Positions 29,182-39,205 of a stretch of 64,000 nt of DNA are shown one piece after another (position 1 is the stretch's first letter; each line of letters starts with the position of its first letter). The notes under the pieces were generated by a model. The model saw nothing but the letters and a program-made list of their open reading frames with translations. It had not been told where the DNA came from and searched no databases. The position numbers were made by a program, and so were the translations under genes. The stretch comes from Longimicrobiales bacterium (lineage in GTDB: Bacteria > Gemmatimonadota > Gemmatimonadetes > Longimicrobiales > Gaopeijiaceae), in the NCBI GenBank assembly GCA_965204735.1, contig OZ242008.1, positions 1,792,001 to 1,856,000 on the forward strand, read 5' to 3'.

Positions 29182-30072
29182 ATGATCCGCAGCATGACGG
29201 GCTACGGCGCCGCCGAAGCCGGGCTGCCGGACGGGCGCGTTCTGGTCGTGGAGGTCAGGACCGTCAACCACCGCCACCTCGGCTGCACCGTGCGCCTTCC
29301 CCAGGGCTGGGAGGAGCTCGAGCACAAGGTCGTCGAGCGGATTCGAGCGGCGCTCTCGCGCGGCCGGGTCTCCCTCTCGGCCAGCTGCAAGGACCCGGAG
29401 CGCTCCGCGGCGACGACTCTGGAGCTGGACATGGAACGGCTGCGCCGCTACGCGTCGCTGCTGGGGGAGGCGTCGCGAGAGGCTGGCGTGGAGGGGCGGC
29501 TGGACGTGAACACCCTTGCAGCGCTGCCCGGCGTCTTTCGGGTCGCCAAGCCCCCGACCGCGGCGCCCGACGGAGCCGAGTTCCGGGCGCTGGCGTGCGT
29601 CGGCGAGGCCCTCGATCGGGCAGTGGAGATGCGCGAGGCAGAGGGCCGGATGCTGGAGGGGGCGCTGCGGGAGAGCCTGAAGCGGATCGCGGCGGAGGTG
29701 GACGCCGTGGAGGCCCGGGCGCCCGAGCGGCTGCTGCGGGAGCGCGATCGTCTGCGGGAGCGGGTTCGGCTCCTCGCCGAGTCGGTGGACGTCGACGAGG
29801 ACCGGCTGGCCAGGGAAGTGGCCTACTTGGCGGAGAAGTGGGACGTGACGGAGGAGGTCGTTCGCCTGCGGTCCCACGTCGCCCTCTTCCTGGAGACCTT
29901 GGACGGCGCGGCGGCGCAGGCGGGCAAGCGGCTGGGATTCGTCGTGCAGGAGATGAACCGGGAAGCGAACACGATCGGCTCCAAGGCCAACGACGCGGCG
30001 ATCTCGGCGTCGGCCGTGGCGGTGAAGGAGGAGCTGGAGCGCATCCGCGAACAGCTGGAGAACGTGGAGTGA
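29182..30072 (+). CDS. yicC: YicC/YloC-family endoribonuclease
   Basis: MIRSMTGYG, VNHRHL, EEVVRLRSH, QEMNREANTIGSKA, IREQLENVE. Confidence 0.95.
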   Translation: MIRSMTGYGAAEAGLPDGRVLVVEVRTVNHRHLGCTVRLPQGWEELEHKVVERIRAALSRGRVSLSASCKDPERSAATTLELDMERLRRYASLLGEASREAGVEGRLDVNTLAALPGVFRVAKPPTAAPDGAEFRALACVGEALDRAVEMREAEGRMLEGALRESLKRIAAEVDAVEARAPERLLRERDRLRERVRLLAESVDVDEDRLAREVAYLAEKWDVTEEVVRLRSHVALFLETLDGAAAQAGKRLGFVVQEMNREANTIGSKANDAAISASAVAVKEELERIREQLENVE

Positions 30073-30842
30073 GGGGCGTGGGAACTCCGGATGGGGGCGC
30101 GGGCCGGGAGTCGGGCGGGGACCGGCGCCCGAACGCGGGCCGGGCGCTGGACGCGGGTGCCCCGCTGGTGCTGGTCGGGCCGTCGGGGGCGGGGAAGACG
30201 ACGATCGCCGAGCGGCTGGTGAGCACGTGCCGGGATCGGTTCGTGCTGTCGGTGTCGGTCACGACGCGCCCGCCCCGAGCGGGAGAGCGCGACGGACGGG
30301 AGTACCGGTTCGTCTCCCGTTCCGAGTTCGAGGCGATGATCGACGGCGGCAGGCTGGCCGAGTGGGCGCGGGTCCACGGCCGCTGCTACGGCACGCCGCT
30401 GGACAACTTGGCGACGGCCCGCCGTGGCGGCAGAAGGCCCGTGCTGGACATCGACCTGCAGGGCGCGCGGCAGGTGGCGGAGCGGGTGCCGGGCGCGATC
30501 CAGGTGTTCGTGGCGCCGCCGGGACCGAAGCAGTGGATTCGTCGCCTCGCGGGGCGCGGCACCGAGACGCCCGCCGAGGTCGTCCGTCGCCTGCGCACCG
30601 CCCTGACCGAGCTGGAGGCGGTCCCTTCGTTCGAGCGGGTGGTGGTCAACCGGGAAGTCGACCAGGCCGTGGCGGAGACCCTGGCCTTTGCCCGGCCGGC
30701 GGCGCGGGAAGGCGTCCCGGCTTCTGCGTCGTCCGAATCCGTGGCGGCCCTCTGCCGACGGCTTCGCGCCGGCGCCCAAGCGGAGATCGACCGTCTTCGG
30801 TCGGCGGCCGAGGCGGATTCGGTTCTCGGCGCCGGGGCGTGA
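30069..30842 (+). CDS. gmk: Guanylate kinase
   Basis: GPSGAGKTT, SVSVTTRPPR.GE.DG.EY.F, YGTP, LDIDLQG; start approximate. Confidence 0.93.
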   Translation: MRGVGTPDGGAGRESGGDRRPNAGRALDAGAPLVLVGPSGAGKTTIAERLVSTCRDRFVLSVSVTTRPPRAGERDGREYRFVSRSEFEAMIDGGRLAEWARVHGRCYGTPLDNLATARRGGRRPVLDIDLQGARQVAERVPGAIQVFVAPPGPKQWIRRLAGRGTETPAEVVRRLRTALTELEAVPSFERVVVNREVDQAVAETLAFARPAAREGVPASASSESVAALCRRLRAGAQAEIDRLRSAAEADSVLGAGA

Positions 30843-30923
30843 CGCCGGCGCCGCCCGAAGACCCGTCCGCGGCGCTTCGGGACCGCTGGCGCCGGGCTTG
30901 ACCGTCCTGCTAACTTGCCCGTC

Positions 30924-31142
30924 ATGAGAGTCTTCACGACGGACGAAGTCGCCAAGAACAACCAGAGCAAGTACCTGGGCGTTCTCGTGGCCGCGAAGTA
31001 CGCGCGGGAGCTCAACCTCCTCCCGAGCGACCCGATCCTCATGGGCGACCAGAAGAAGCTGTCGACGCGGGCCCTGGAAGCCATCACGTCGGGCCAAGTC
31101 GAGTACCGCTTGGTCGAACGGCGCCCGACGAACCCGGTCTAG
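30924..31142 (+). CDS. rpoZ: RNA polymerase omega subunit
   Basis: SKYLGVLVAAKYAREL...ALEAI..GQVEY; gmk-rpoZ-coaBC context. Confidence 0.88.
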   Translation: MRVFTTDEVAKNNQSKYLGVLVAAKYARELNLLPSDPILMGDQKKLSTRALEAITSGQVEYRLVERRPTNPV

Positions 31143-31151
31143 GTCACTGGG

Positions 31152-32399
31152 GTGTCGCTCGGCGGCTGCTTCCCGCCCCGCGAGCCCGCATACCCCTGGA
31201 AGGGGCGGCGCGTCGTGCTCGGCGTGTGCGGCGGCGTCTCCGCGTACAAGGTCGTCCAGGTCGCCCGCGACCTGACGCTTCTGGGGGCCCGGGTCGACGT
31301 GGCGCTCACAGAAGCGGCTCGTCGCTTCGTGACTCCCCTGGCGTTCGAAGGAGTGACCGGACGGCGGCCCGTCGAGGATTGGTTCTCGGCCCGGGGAACG
31401 GCGCTCCACTTGGAGCTTGCCGGGAGGGCGCACTGCGTCTGCGTCGCGCCCGCCACGGCGGACTTCATGGCCCGGGCCGCATCGGGCGCGGCCTCGGACT
31501 TGCCCACGGCGATTCTGCTCGCTGCTCGGGCGCCGGTGCTCTTCGTCCCGGCCATGAACTGGCGGATGTTCGCCCACCCCCAGACCCAGGCGAACGCGTC
31601 GCGCATGGAAGAGGTCCTGGGCTACCGGCGCGTCGGCCCCCGCACGGGCGAGCTCGCGGTGGGCGAGATGCAGGGAACCGGCCGGATGGCCGAGCCGCGC
31701 GAGATCGTCGAGGAGGTGGGCCGAGCGCTGGGCGGCGGCTTCTTCCCCGGCAAGCGCGTGCTGGTCACGGCGGGTCCGACGCGCGAGGCGATCGACCCGG
31801 TTCGATACGTGGGCAACCGCTCCTCGGGCCGCATGGGGTACGCGCTGGCGGCGGCGGCGTGGTGCCGGGGGGCCGAAGTGACGCTGGTGACGGGTCCCAC
31901 CGAGCTGGAGCCGCCTCACGGCGCCGATGTGGTTCGGGTGGAGACGGCCGTCGAGATGCGCGACGCGACGCTGGCCCGGGCCGCCGAAGCCGACGTGGCG
32001 ATCTTTGCCGCGGCGGTCTCCGACTACCGCCCCGCGTCGCCGTCCGAAGAGAAGATCAAGCGCGGCATGGCGGGGCCCAAGATCGCGATCGACCTCTTGG
32101 AGAACCCGGACGTCGCGGCGGAGGCGGTTCGCGTCCTCAAGCCCGGGTGCGTGTCGGTGGGCTTCGCGCTCGAGACGTCGCGCGTCGTGGAGAGAGCCCG
32201 GGAGAAGATGGTCGCCAAGGGGTTCGACATGGTGGTCGCGAACCGGGCCGACGAAGACGGCGCCGGCTTCGAGTCCCTTACCAACCGGGTCGTCGTCGTG
32301 AACGGCGGCGAGATCCCCGAAGAGCTGCCCCGGGACCACAAGGGCGTGGTCGCCGGTGCGATCCTGGACTTGGTTCAGGAGAAGATCGAGGGCTGTTGA
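31152..32399 (+). CDS. coaBC: Phosphopantothenoylcysteine decarboxylase/synthetase
   Basis: GGVSAYK, APATADFMA, PAMN, VTAGPTREAIDPVRYVGNRSSGRMG, AAAVSDY, VGFALET. Confidence 0.96.
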   Translation: MSLGGCFPPREPAYPWKGRRVVLGVCGGVSAYKVVQVARDLTLLGARVDVALTEAARRFVTPLAFEGVTGRRPVEDWFSARGTALHLELAGRAHCVCVAPATADFMARAASGAASDLPTAILLAARAPVLFVPAMNWRMFAHPQTQANASRMEEVLGYRRVGPRTGELAVGEMQGTGRMAEPREIVEEVGRALGGGFFPGKRVLVTAGPTREAIDPVRYVGNRSSGRMGYALAAAAWCRGAEVTLVTGPTELEPPHGADVVRVETAVEMRDATLARAAEADVAIFAAAVSDYRPASPSEEKIKRGMAGPKIAIDLLENPDVAAEAVRVLKPGCVSVGFALETSRVVERAREKMVAKGFDMVVANRADEDGAGFESLTNRVVVVNGGEIPEELPRDHKGVVAGAILDLVQEKIEGC

Positions 32400-33220
32400 G
32401 CGTCGGCGCGAGCCTGCTGGCGACCTATCTGGACCAGCGTCGGCGGATGGGCGAACCGGGGCTCGTGCCGGGAGGAACCACGCCTGCCGAGCTGACGAAG
32501 CTGGCCGGGGCGGCCAAGGGCTCGCCCGCGCGCGAGGTCCTGGAACCCGGGGCGGGCCGCATCTCTCCTTCGGTCTCCCGTCGTTCCCCGGCGCGTCCCC
32601 GTCGCCCGGCGGCTCGGGCGTCCGCCGCCGGCCCCGCGACGGCGCCTGCCGAAGCCGCGGGCGTCGAGAACGCCGACTACGACGAGCTCCGTCGAGTCGC
32701 CTTGGCGTGCACTCGGTGCGGACTCGCCGAGGGACGCAAGCAGGTCGTCTTTGCCGACGGCAACCCCGCGGGGCGGCTGATGGTGGTCGGCGAAGCCCCC
32801 GGCGCCCAGGAGGACGCGACCGGGCTGCCCTTCGTGGGACAGGCCGGCAAGCTGCTCGACCTGATGCTGGCGTCGGTGGGCCTCTCGCGGCAGGACTCGG
32901 TGTACATCTGCAACGTCCTCAAGTGCCGTCCCCCCGGGAACCGGAACCCGGCGCCGCCCGAGATCGAAGCCTGCACGCCCTTCCTGAAGAGGCAGATCGA
33001 GCTGGTGGCGCCCGAGGTCGTCCTGGCGACGGGCACCTTCGCGGCCAAGTGGCTCACCTCCTCCAGGGAGACCCTGGGCAAGCTCCGCGGCAAGGTTCAC
33101 AGCTGGCACGGCGTGCCCCTCGTGGTCACCTACCACCCGGCGGCGCTCTTGAGGAACCCCGGATGGAGCCGGCCCGCCTGGGACGACCTGCAGCTCCTTC
33201 GCCAGGTGATGGACGGGTGA
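32396..33220 (+). CDS. Uracil-DNA glycosylase, family 4
   Basis: CTRCGL, VGEAPG..ED..G.PFVG, KCRPPGNR, TYHPAALL; TTG start inferred. Confidence 0.92.
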   Translation: MSVGASLLATYLDQRRRMGEPGLVPGGTTPAELTKLAGAAKGSPAREVLEPGAGRISPSVSRRSPARPRRPAARASAAGPATAPAEAAGVENADYDELRRVALACTRCGLAEGRKQVVFADGNPAGRLMVVGEAPGAQEDATGLPFVGQAGKLLDLMLASVGLSRQDSVYICNVLKCRPPGNRNPAPPEIEACTPFLKRQIELVAPEVVLATGTFAAKWLTSSRETLGKLRGKVHSWHGVPLVVTYHPAALLRNPGWSRPAWDDLQLLRQVMDG

Positions 33221-34647
33221 ACGGGGGTTCCGCAGCGCCGGCTCCCGGCGAGTTCCAGGCCCTTGGGAGCGCCGACGGCGGTGTCGCGGCCCACGACCGC
33301 CAGCCTCCGTTCTCGCCCGAGGCCGAGGCGTCGGTGCTGGGCGGCATGCTGATCGACCGCGACGCCGTGAACAAGGCCGTCGAGGTCATGGACGACTCGA
33401 TGTTCTACCGGGAGGCTCACCGGCGGCTCTTTCGGGCCATGACGCGCCTCTTCGAGCGGGACGACGTCGTGGACGTGATCACCGTGGCCGAGGAGCTGAA
33501 GAACACCCACGACCTGGAGGGGGCCGGGGGATACGAGTACCTGTCCTCGCTCCTGGACGCAGTTCCCACGGCCGCCAATCTGGAGTACCACGCCCGCATC
33601 GTCCGGGAGAAGGCGCTGCTCCGGCGCTTGGTCGAGGCGTCCCACGCGATCGTGAGGGACGTGCACGAGCCGGGCGAGCGCACCGTGGAGGAGGTCCTGG
33701 ACCAGGCCGAGCAGCGCGTCTTCCGCGTCTCCGAGTCCCGGGACAGGGAAGGCTTCGTCTGGATCAAGGAGATCCTCTACCCGGTCTTCGAGAAGATCGA
33801 GCAGCGCCACGAGTCGGGCGTGGACATACCCGGACTGCCGACGGGCTTCAGGGACTTGGACATCGTGACGACGGGGCTGCAGCCGGGCGACTTGGCGATC
33901 GTGGCGGCCCGCCCGGCGATGGGAAAGACGTCGTGGGTGCTGAACGTGGCCCAGTCGGTGGCGATCGAGCACGAGGTGCCGGTGGGGATCTTCAGCTTGG
34001 AGATGTCGAAGGAGCAGCTGATTCAGCGCTTCCTCTGCGCCGAGGGCAGGGTGGACGCCCAGCGGCTGCGCCGAGGCAAGCTGCTTCACGACGAGTACCA
34101 GCGCTTGGCGCGGGCGGCCGGGCTGCTGAACACGGCGCCGATCTGGATCGACGACTCGGCCACGGCCAACGTGCTGGAGACGAAGGCCAAGGCCCGTCGC
34201 CTTAAGACGGAGGCGGACGTGGGGCTCTTCGTGGTGGACTACATCCAGCTGATGGCGGGCTCCAAGCGGACCGACAGCCGGGTGCAGGAGGTGAGCGAGA
34301 TCTCGCGGGGCCTCAAGGCGATGGCCCGGGAGCTGGACGTGCCGGTGATCGCGCTGAGCCAGCTGAGCCGGGCGCCGGAGCAGCGTCCCGACCGCCGTCC
34401 GCAACTCTCCGACCTGCGCGAGAGCGGTTCCATCGAGCAGGACGCGGACCTGGTCATGTTCCTCTACCGCCCGGAGTACTACCACGGCGCCACCGACAAG
34501 GACGGCAACTCCATCGAGGGAAAGGCCGAGCTGATGGTGGCCAAGCAGCGCAACGGCCCCACGGGAAAGATCGATCTCTTCTTTCACAAGGCCTACACCC
34601 GGTTCGATTCGGTGGCCCGGGGTCCGGAGCCGCCCGAGGCCGCATGA
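33217..34647 (+). CDS. dnaB: Replicative DNA helicase
   Basis: EAEASVLG, AARPAMGKT, FSLEMS, VDYIQLM, ALSQLSR, DLRESGSIEQDAD, KQRNGPTG. Confidence 0.97.
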   Translation: MNGGSAAPAPGEFQALGSADGGVAAHDRQPPFSPEAEASVLGGMLIDRDAVNKAVEVMDDSMFYREAHRRLFRAMTRLFERDDVVDVITVAEELKNTHDLEGAGGYEYLSSLLDAVPTAANLEYHARIVREKALLRRLVEASHAIVRDVHEPGERTVEEVLDQAEQRVFRVSESRDREGFVWIKEILYPVFEKIEQRHESGVDIPGLPTGFRDLDIVTTGLQPGDLAIVAARPAMGKTSWVLNVAQSVAIEHEVPVGIFSLEMSKEQLIQRFLCAEGRVDAQRLRRGKLLHDEYQRLARAAGLLNTAPIWIDDSATANVLETKAKARRLKTEADVGLFVVDYIQLMAGSKRTDSRVQEVSEISRGLKAMARELDVPVIALSQLSRAPEQRPDRRPQLSDLRESGSIEQDADLVMFLYRPEYYHGATDKDGNSIEGKAELMVAKQRNGPTGKIDLFFHKAYTRFDSVARGPEPPEAA

Positions 34648-35327
34648 CCCGCCCCAGCGTGCTGCTCCTCGTTCCGGCGGCGGGGTCCGGCGAGCGGATG
34701 GGGGGTGTCCGAAAGCCCTGGATCGAGTTGGCGGGCCGGCCGCTCCTGGAGTGGGCGCTGGCGCCCTTCCTGGCCCGCGACGACGTGGTGGAAGTGGTGG
34801 TGGCGACGGCGGACGGAGCCTTGCCGGAAGGGGCGTCCGGCGGGGACCGGCGGGTGCGCGGCGTGCGCGGGGGGGCGAGCCGGTTCGAGTCGGTGGCTCG
34901 GGCCTTCGAGGCCGCGCGCCGGGAGGCGGACGTCGTGGCGGTCCACGACGGGGCCCGGCCCTTCCCGTCGTGCGGGGCGGTGGACGCGTGCATCGACGCG
35001 GCGGCGGCGGGGGCCGTGGCGGTGGCGGGGATTCCGGCAGTGGACACGATCAAGCGCACCGACGACCAGGGCCGGGTCGTGGAGACGCCTCCCCGGGAGA
35101 GGCTTTGGCACGCCCAGACGCCGCAGGTCTTCCCTCGAGAGGTCTTTGCGCACGCCTTGGCCCGGCGCCGCGCCCAGGCCGGCGCGCCCACCGACGACGC
35201 GGCGATGGTCGAAGCCCTGGGCGACGTGGAAGTGCGGATGGTGCGAGCTTCCCCCTGCAATCTGAAGGTGACGTCGCCCAACGACGTTATGGTGGCCAAT
35301 CTCTATATTGAGAAGGGGTTTGTATGA
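34644..35327 (+). CDS. ispD: 2-C-methyl-D-erythritol 4-phosphate cytidylyltransferase
   Basis: PAAGSGERMG, VHDGARPF, QTPQVF, TDDA, NLKVT. Confidence 0.93.
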   Translation: MTRPSVLLLVPAAGSGERMGGVRKPWIELAGRPLLEWALAPFLARDDVVEVVVATADGALPEGASGGDRRVRGVRGGASRFESVARAFEAARREADVVAVHDGARPFPSCGAVDACIDAAAAGAVAVAGIPAVDTIKRTDDQGRVVETPPRERLWHAQTPQVFPREVFAHALARRRAQAGAPTDDAAMVEALGDVEVRMVRASPCNLKVTSPNDVMVANLYIEKGFV

Positions 35328-35989
35328 CTTCATCTCACGCAAAACTTGAGGACTGCTGCGAGCGACGCGCGGGCGTGGACTCCCACGCCGGGGTGGACGA
35401 GGCCGCCGACCGGCTGGAGGCGGGCGAGCTGGTGGTGCACCCCACCGAGGCGGTCTATGGAATCGGCGGGCTGCTGGAGGATCGGCCCTTGGCGGCGCTT
35501 CGTCGGATGAAGGACCGGCCGCGCGACGGCTTCGTCGTGCTCGCGCCTTCGGACGAGAGCGTGCGGGACGCCCTGACCAAGGCGGGTCGGACCCTCGCTC
35601 GGGCTTTCTGGCCGGGACCCCTCACGCTGGTGGTGGACGACCCCCAGGACCGCTTCCACCCCGCCGCGAAGGCCCCCGACGGCTCGGTGGCGCTTCGGGT
35701 GCCAGGCCACCCGGTCGCCCGGGCCCTCCTGGCCCGAGCGGGCCGCCCGGTCACTTCCACCTCGGCCAACCGACCCGGCGAGCCGCCCGCCGCCACTGCC
35801 GACGCCGCCCGGCGGGCCGCCCTGGCCATGGGCGGAGAGGCATTCGTCCTGGACGCCGGCCCCCTGCCCGGCGGCGCACCCTCCACGCTGGTGCGCTTGC
35901 CGCCCGGCGACGGCGCGCCAGTCGTCCTGCGCGAGGGTCCCGTTCGCGCCGAGGCCGTCCGCGCGGCGCTCCGAGAAGGCGCGCCATGA
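35324..35989 (+). CDS. tsaC: Threonylcarbamoyl-AMP synthase (TsaC/Sua5/YrdC)
   Basis: PTEAVYGI, K.RP, FWPGPLTLV, STSAN, PSTLV. Confidence 0.9.
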   Translation: MTSSHAKLEDCCERRAGVDSHAGVDEAADRLEAGELVVHPTEAVYGIGGLLEDRPLAALRRMKDRPRDGFVVLAPSDESVRDALTKAGRTLARAFWPGPLTLVVDDPQDRFHPAAKAPDGSVALRVPGHPVARALLARAGRPVTSTSANRPGEPPAATADAARRAALAMGGEAFVLDAGPLPGGAPSTLVRLPPGDGAPVVLREGPVRAEAVRAALREGAP

Positions 35990-37332
35990 CGATCACCTTC
36001 GTCTGCACGGGGAACACCTGCAGATCGCCCATGGCCGAGGCCGTGGCCCGCCGGCTGGTCGAGACCCATGGCCCAGCGGGCTCCGAGAACCCGGTCGTCG
36101 TGCGCTCGGCGGGAACCGCCGCTTGGCAGGGGGCGCCGGCGAGCGAGGGGGCGCGCCGCGCTGCGGCGGCGGCGAAGCTGGACCTGGAGTCGCACCGGAG
36201 CGCTTGGCTCACTCCCGAGCTGGTGGCCGAATCGGACGTGATCGCCTGCATGGGACGGGGACACGTTGCCTGGGCCCTGGGAATGGGCGGAGGCGAGCGG
36301 GTCCGTCTCTTCCGCGACGAGAAGGGGAGCGAGGTCGAGGTCGCCGACCCCTTCGGAGGAGGCTCGGACGAGTACGTCCGCGTGCTCCGGCAGCTGGAGG
36401 CGCTGGTCGGCGGCTTGCTGGCAGGGCTCTTCACCGAAGGCTTCACCAAGCCCGGCAGGGGCGCCTCCTACGTGCTGCTGGGGGACCCGGTGGCCCACAG
36501 CCTCTCGCCCGCGATTCACAACGCCGCCTTCCGCGCCGCTGGTCGGCGGGCCGTCTACTGGGCGCGTCCCACCAGCGCCGGCGAATGCGGGGACGTTCTG
36601 CGGGCGGTCGCTCTGGCGGGAGGAGGGGGCAACGTCACCGCGCCCCTGAAGGAAGCGGCGGCGCGTTCCCTGGACGAGGCCACGGGCGCCGTGGCTGCAA
36701 CGGGCGCCTGCAACGCCTTCTGGGCCCGCGACGGCGTGGTTCACGGCGACAACACCGACGTGGAGGGGTTCGTGGGCACGTGGAAGCGGACCCTTGGGGC
36801 GGGCGGGCCGCGCACTCGCCGCGACGGCGCGTCGCAAGAGGCGCCCGAGGGGCCGGAGGTGCTGGTCCTGGGGGCCGGCGGGGCGGCTCTCGGGGTCGTG
36901 CACGCGCTGCTGGAGTTCGGGCTCGCGGGCCGGATCGACCTTTGGAACCGGACCGCTCGCCGGGCGGAGCGATTGGCCGAGCGGTTCGCCGGCGCAGGAC
37001 TCCCGGGCGACCCGTCCAACCGCTTGCGCGTCGTCGCCGCTTGGCAGGGCCGCGCGCCGGACGTGGTCGTCAACGCCACCGCCGCGGGCATGGACGGACG
37101 GAGCGCGCCGATCGACCTGCGGAAGTTGGCGGCGCTTCCCAGCTGCTTGATCGACTTGGTGTACGGGGAAGGGCTCACGCCGCTCGTCCGGCAGGCCCGC
37201 GCCATGGGGGCGGCCGCGACGGACGGACGCGACATGCTCGCCAGGCAGGCGGAGGCGTCGTACCGCCGTTGGTTCGGCGAGGACCCGCCGGCGGGCGTCA
37301 TGGCCGGCGCCGTGCGTCGGAAGAGTACGTGA
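35986..37332 (+). CDS. Fusion of LMW protein phosphatase (YwlE-like) and shikimate dehydrogenase
   Basis: FVCTGNTCRSPMAE...VADPFGG, then LLGDPVAHSLSP, NVTAPLK, GDNTD, GAGGAA, VNAT, DLVY, DGRDML..QA, all in one frame. Confidence 0.88.
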   Translation: MTITFVCTGNTCRSPMAEAVARRLVETHGPAGSENPVVVRSAGTAAWQGAPASEGARRAAAAAKLDLESHRSAWLTPELVAESDVIACMGRGHVAWALGMGGGERVRLFRDEKGSEVEVADPFGGGSDEYVRVLRQLEALVGGLLAGLFTEGFTKPGRGASYVLLGDPVAHSLSPAIHNAAFRAAGRRAVYWARPTSAGECGDVLRAVALAGGGGNVTAPLKEAAARSLDEATGAVAATGACNAFWARDGVVHGDNTDVEGFVGTWKRTLGAGGPRTRRDGASQEAPEGPEVLVLGAGGAALGVVHALLEFGLAGRIDLWNRTARRAERLAERFAGAGLPGDPSNRLRVVAAWQGRAPDVVVNATAAGMDGRSAPIDLRKLAALPSCLIDLVYGEGLTPLVRQARAMGAAATDGRDMLARQAEASYRRWFGEDPPAGVMAGAVRRKST

Positions 37333-38162
37333 CGACGGGCCTAGGGGCAGGGCTGCGACCGGCCGGCCTGCGCCGGCCGGCGGCAGAGCGCTTTCGCCGA
37401 GCGCTGGCCGGCGCCATGGACTTCCTCCTTCCTCCGGCCTGCGCCGGCTGCGGGGGCGACGCGGGCGATCAAGCGGCGTCGGTGCCGGTGTGCCTGAGCT
37501 GCCGTCTGCGCCTGGCGCCGGTGCCCCTTCCGGTGTGCGCCCGGTGCGGCGCGCCGCTGGGGACGGGGCGCGCGCCTTCGTGCCTGGAGTGCGCCGAGTG
37601 GCCCGACCTCCTTGCCGGGGCGCGCTCCGCGTCCTTGCTGGAGACGCCGGCCAGGGAGCTGGTCCACGCCCTCAAGTACCAGGGCTGGCAGGGCGTCGGC
37701 CGGTTCATGGGCAAGGAGATGGCCGGACGAGCCGACCGCGCCGTCCGCGAGGCCGAGTTCGTCGTGCCGGTGCCCACCTCCGCCCGCAACCTCCGGCGTC
37801 GCGGCTACAACCAGGCGCAGGTGATCGCCGCGGCGCTCTCCGACGAGCTGAGGATTCCTCTGCTGCCGTGCCTGGAGCGGCGCCGCCAAGCCGGCACCCA
37901 GACGACCTTGAACCCGGCCCAGCGTCGCGCTAACGTCAGTGGCGCCTTCGTTCTCTCCGAGTCGTGCCGGCAGATGGTGGAGGGCCGACGCTTGGCGCTG
38001 GTCGACGACGTGCTCACCACGGGCGCGACCGTCCTGGCGGCAGTGCAGGCCCTGACGCCGGGCAACCCGGCTTCCGTGTTCGCCTACGCCTTCGCGCGAA
38101 CGGTCCCGATCTCCATGGATCGGACGCTGGACGGCGACCTCGACGACATTCCCATCCGCTGA
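37329..38162 (+). CDS. ComF-family protein (zinc ribbon plus phosphoribosyltransferase)
   Basis: Four CxxC pairs, LKY, RGYNQA, LVDDVLTTGAT. Confidence 0.9.
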   Translation: MTTGLGAGLRPAGLRRPAAERFRRALAGAMDFLLPPACAGCGGDAGDQAASVPVCLSCRLRLAPVPLPVCARCGAPLGTGRAPSCLECAEWPDLLAGARSASLLETPARELVHALKYQGWQGVGRFMGKEMAGRADRAVREAEFVVPVPTSARNLRRRGYNQAQVIAAALSDELRIPLLPCLERRRQAGTQTTLNPAQRRANVSGAFVLSESCRQMVEGRRLALVDDVLTTGATVLAAVQALTPGNPASVFAYAFARTVPISMDRTLDGDLDDIPIR

Positions 38163-38177
38163 AGACGGACATCCGAA

Positions 38178-39182
38178 ATGGCCACTCGCGTAGCCGTCAA
38201 CGGCTTCGGTCGCATCGGCCGCAACGTCCTCAGGGCCGCCAAGCGCTCCGGAGCGGAGCTGACCTTCGTTGCGGTCAACGACCTGGCGGACGCGCCGACC
38301 TTGGCCCACCTCCTCAAGCACGACTCGGTGCACGGCGCCTACCCCGGTCGAGTCGAGGTGGACGAGGACGCCGTGGTGGTGGACGGCGAGCCCGTTCGCG
38401 TCTTCTCCGAGCGCGACCCGGCCCGCCTGCCCTGGGGCGAGCTGGGCGTGGACGTGGTGGTGGAGTCCACGGGCGTCTTCCGGACCCGGGAGCTCGCGTC
38501 CCGGCACCTGGAGGCGGGCGCGCGGAAGGTGGTCGTGTCGGCGCCGGCGATCGACGAGGACGCGACGATCGTAATGGGGGTCAACCACGACCGCTACGAC
38601 CCGGAGCGCCACCACTTGCTCTCCAACGCCAGCTGCACCACCAACTGCTTGGCGCCCGTGGCCAAGGTCCTCTTGGAGCGCTTCGGCTTTGCCCGAGGGC
38701 TCATGACGACGATCCACGCCTACACGGCGGGCCAGTCGGTGCTGGACGGCCCCCACAAGGACCTGCGACGGGCTCGTGCCGCGGCCATGAGCATGATTCC
38801 GACCACGACGGGTGCCGCGCGGGCGATCTCCCTTGTCCTTCCCGAGCTGGACGGGAAGCTGGACGGGATGGCGATCCGCGTGCCGACTCCCAACGTGTCG
38901 CTGGTCGACCTGGTGGCCGAGGTCGAGGAGGACGCGACCCCGGAAGAGGTGAACGACGCCTTTCGGGCCGCGGCGCAAGACGGGCTGGCGGGCATCCTGC
39001 GGGTAGAGGACGAGCCGCTGGTTTCGGTAGACTATACGGGCGAGTCCGCCAGCTCCGTGGTGGACGCGCCGAGCACGTCGGTCATGGGCGGGCGCCTGGT
39101 GAAGGTGCTCGCTTGGTACGACAACGAGTGGGGATACGCCAGCCGGGTCGTGGACCTGGTCGGGCACGTAGGCGCGGCGTAG
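38178..39182 (+). CDS. gap: Glyceraldehyde-3-phosphate dehydrogenase, type I
   Basis: NGFGRIGR, SNASCTTNCLAP, WYDNEWGY. Confidence 0.97.
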   Translation: MATRVAVNGFGRIGRNVLRAAKRSGAELTFVAVNDLADAPTLAHLLKHDSVHGAYPGRVEVDEDAVVVDGEPVRVFSERDPARLPWGELGVDVVVESTGVFRTRELASRHLEAGARKVVVSAPAIDEDATIVMGVNHDRYDPERHHLLSNASCTTNCLAPVAKVLLERFGFARGLMTTIHAYTAGQSVLDGPHKDLRRARAAAMSMIPTTTGAARAISLVLPELDGKLDGMAIRVPTPNVSLVDLVAEVEEDATPEEVNDAFRAAAQDGLAGILRVEDEPLVSVDYTGESASSVVDAPSTSVMGGRLVKVLAWYDNEWGYASRVVDLVGHVGAA

Positions 39183-39205
39183 GCCGCACGCGAAGGAAAC
39201 GAAGG

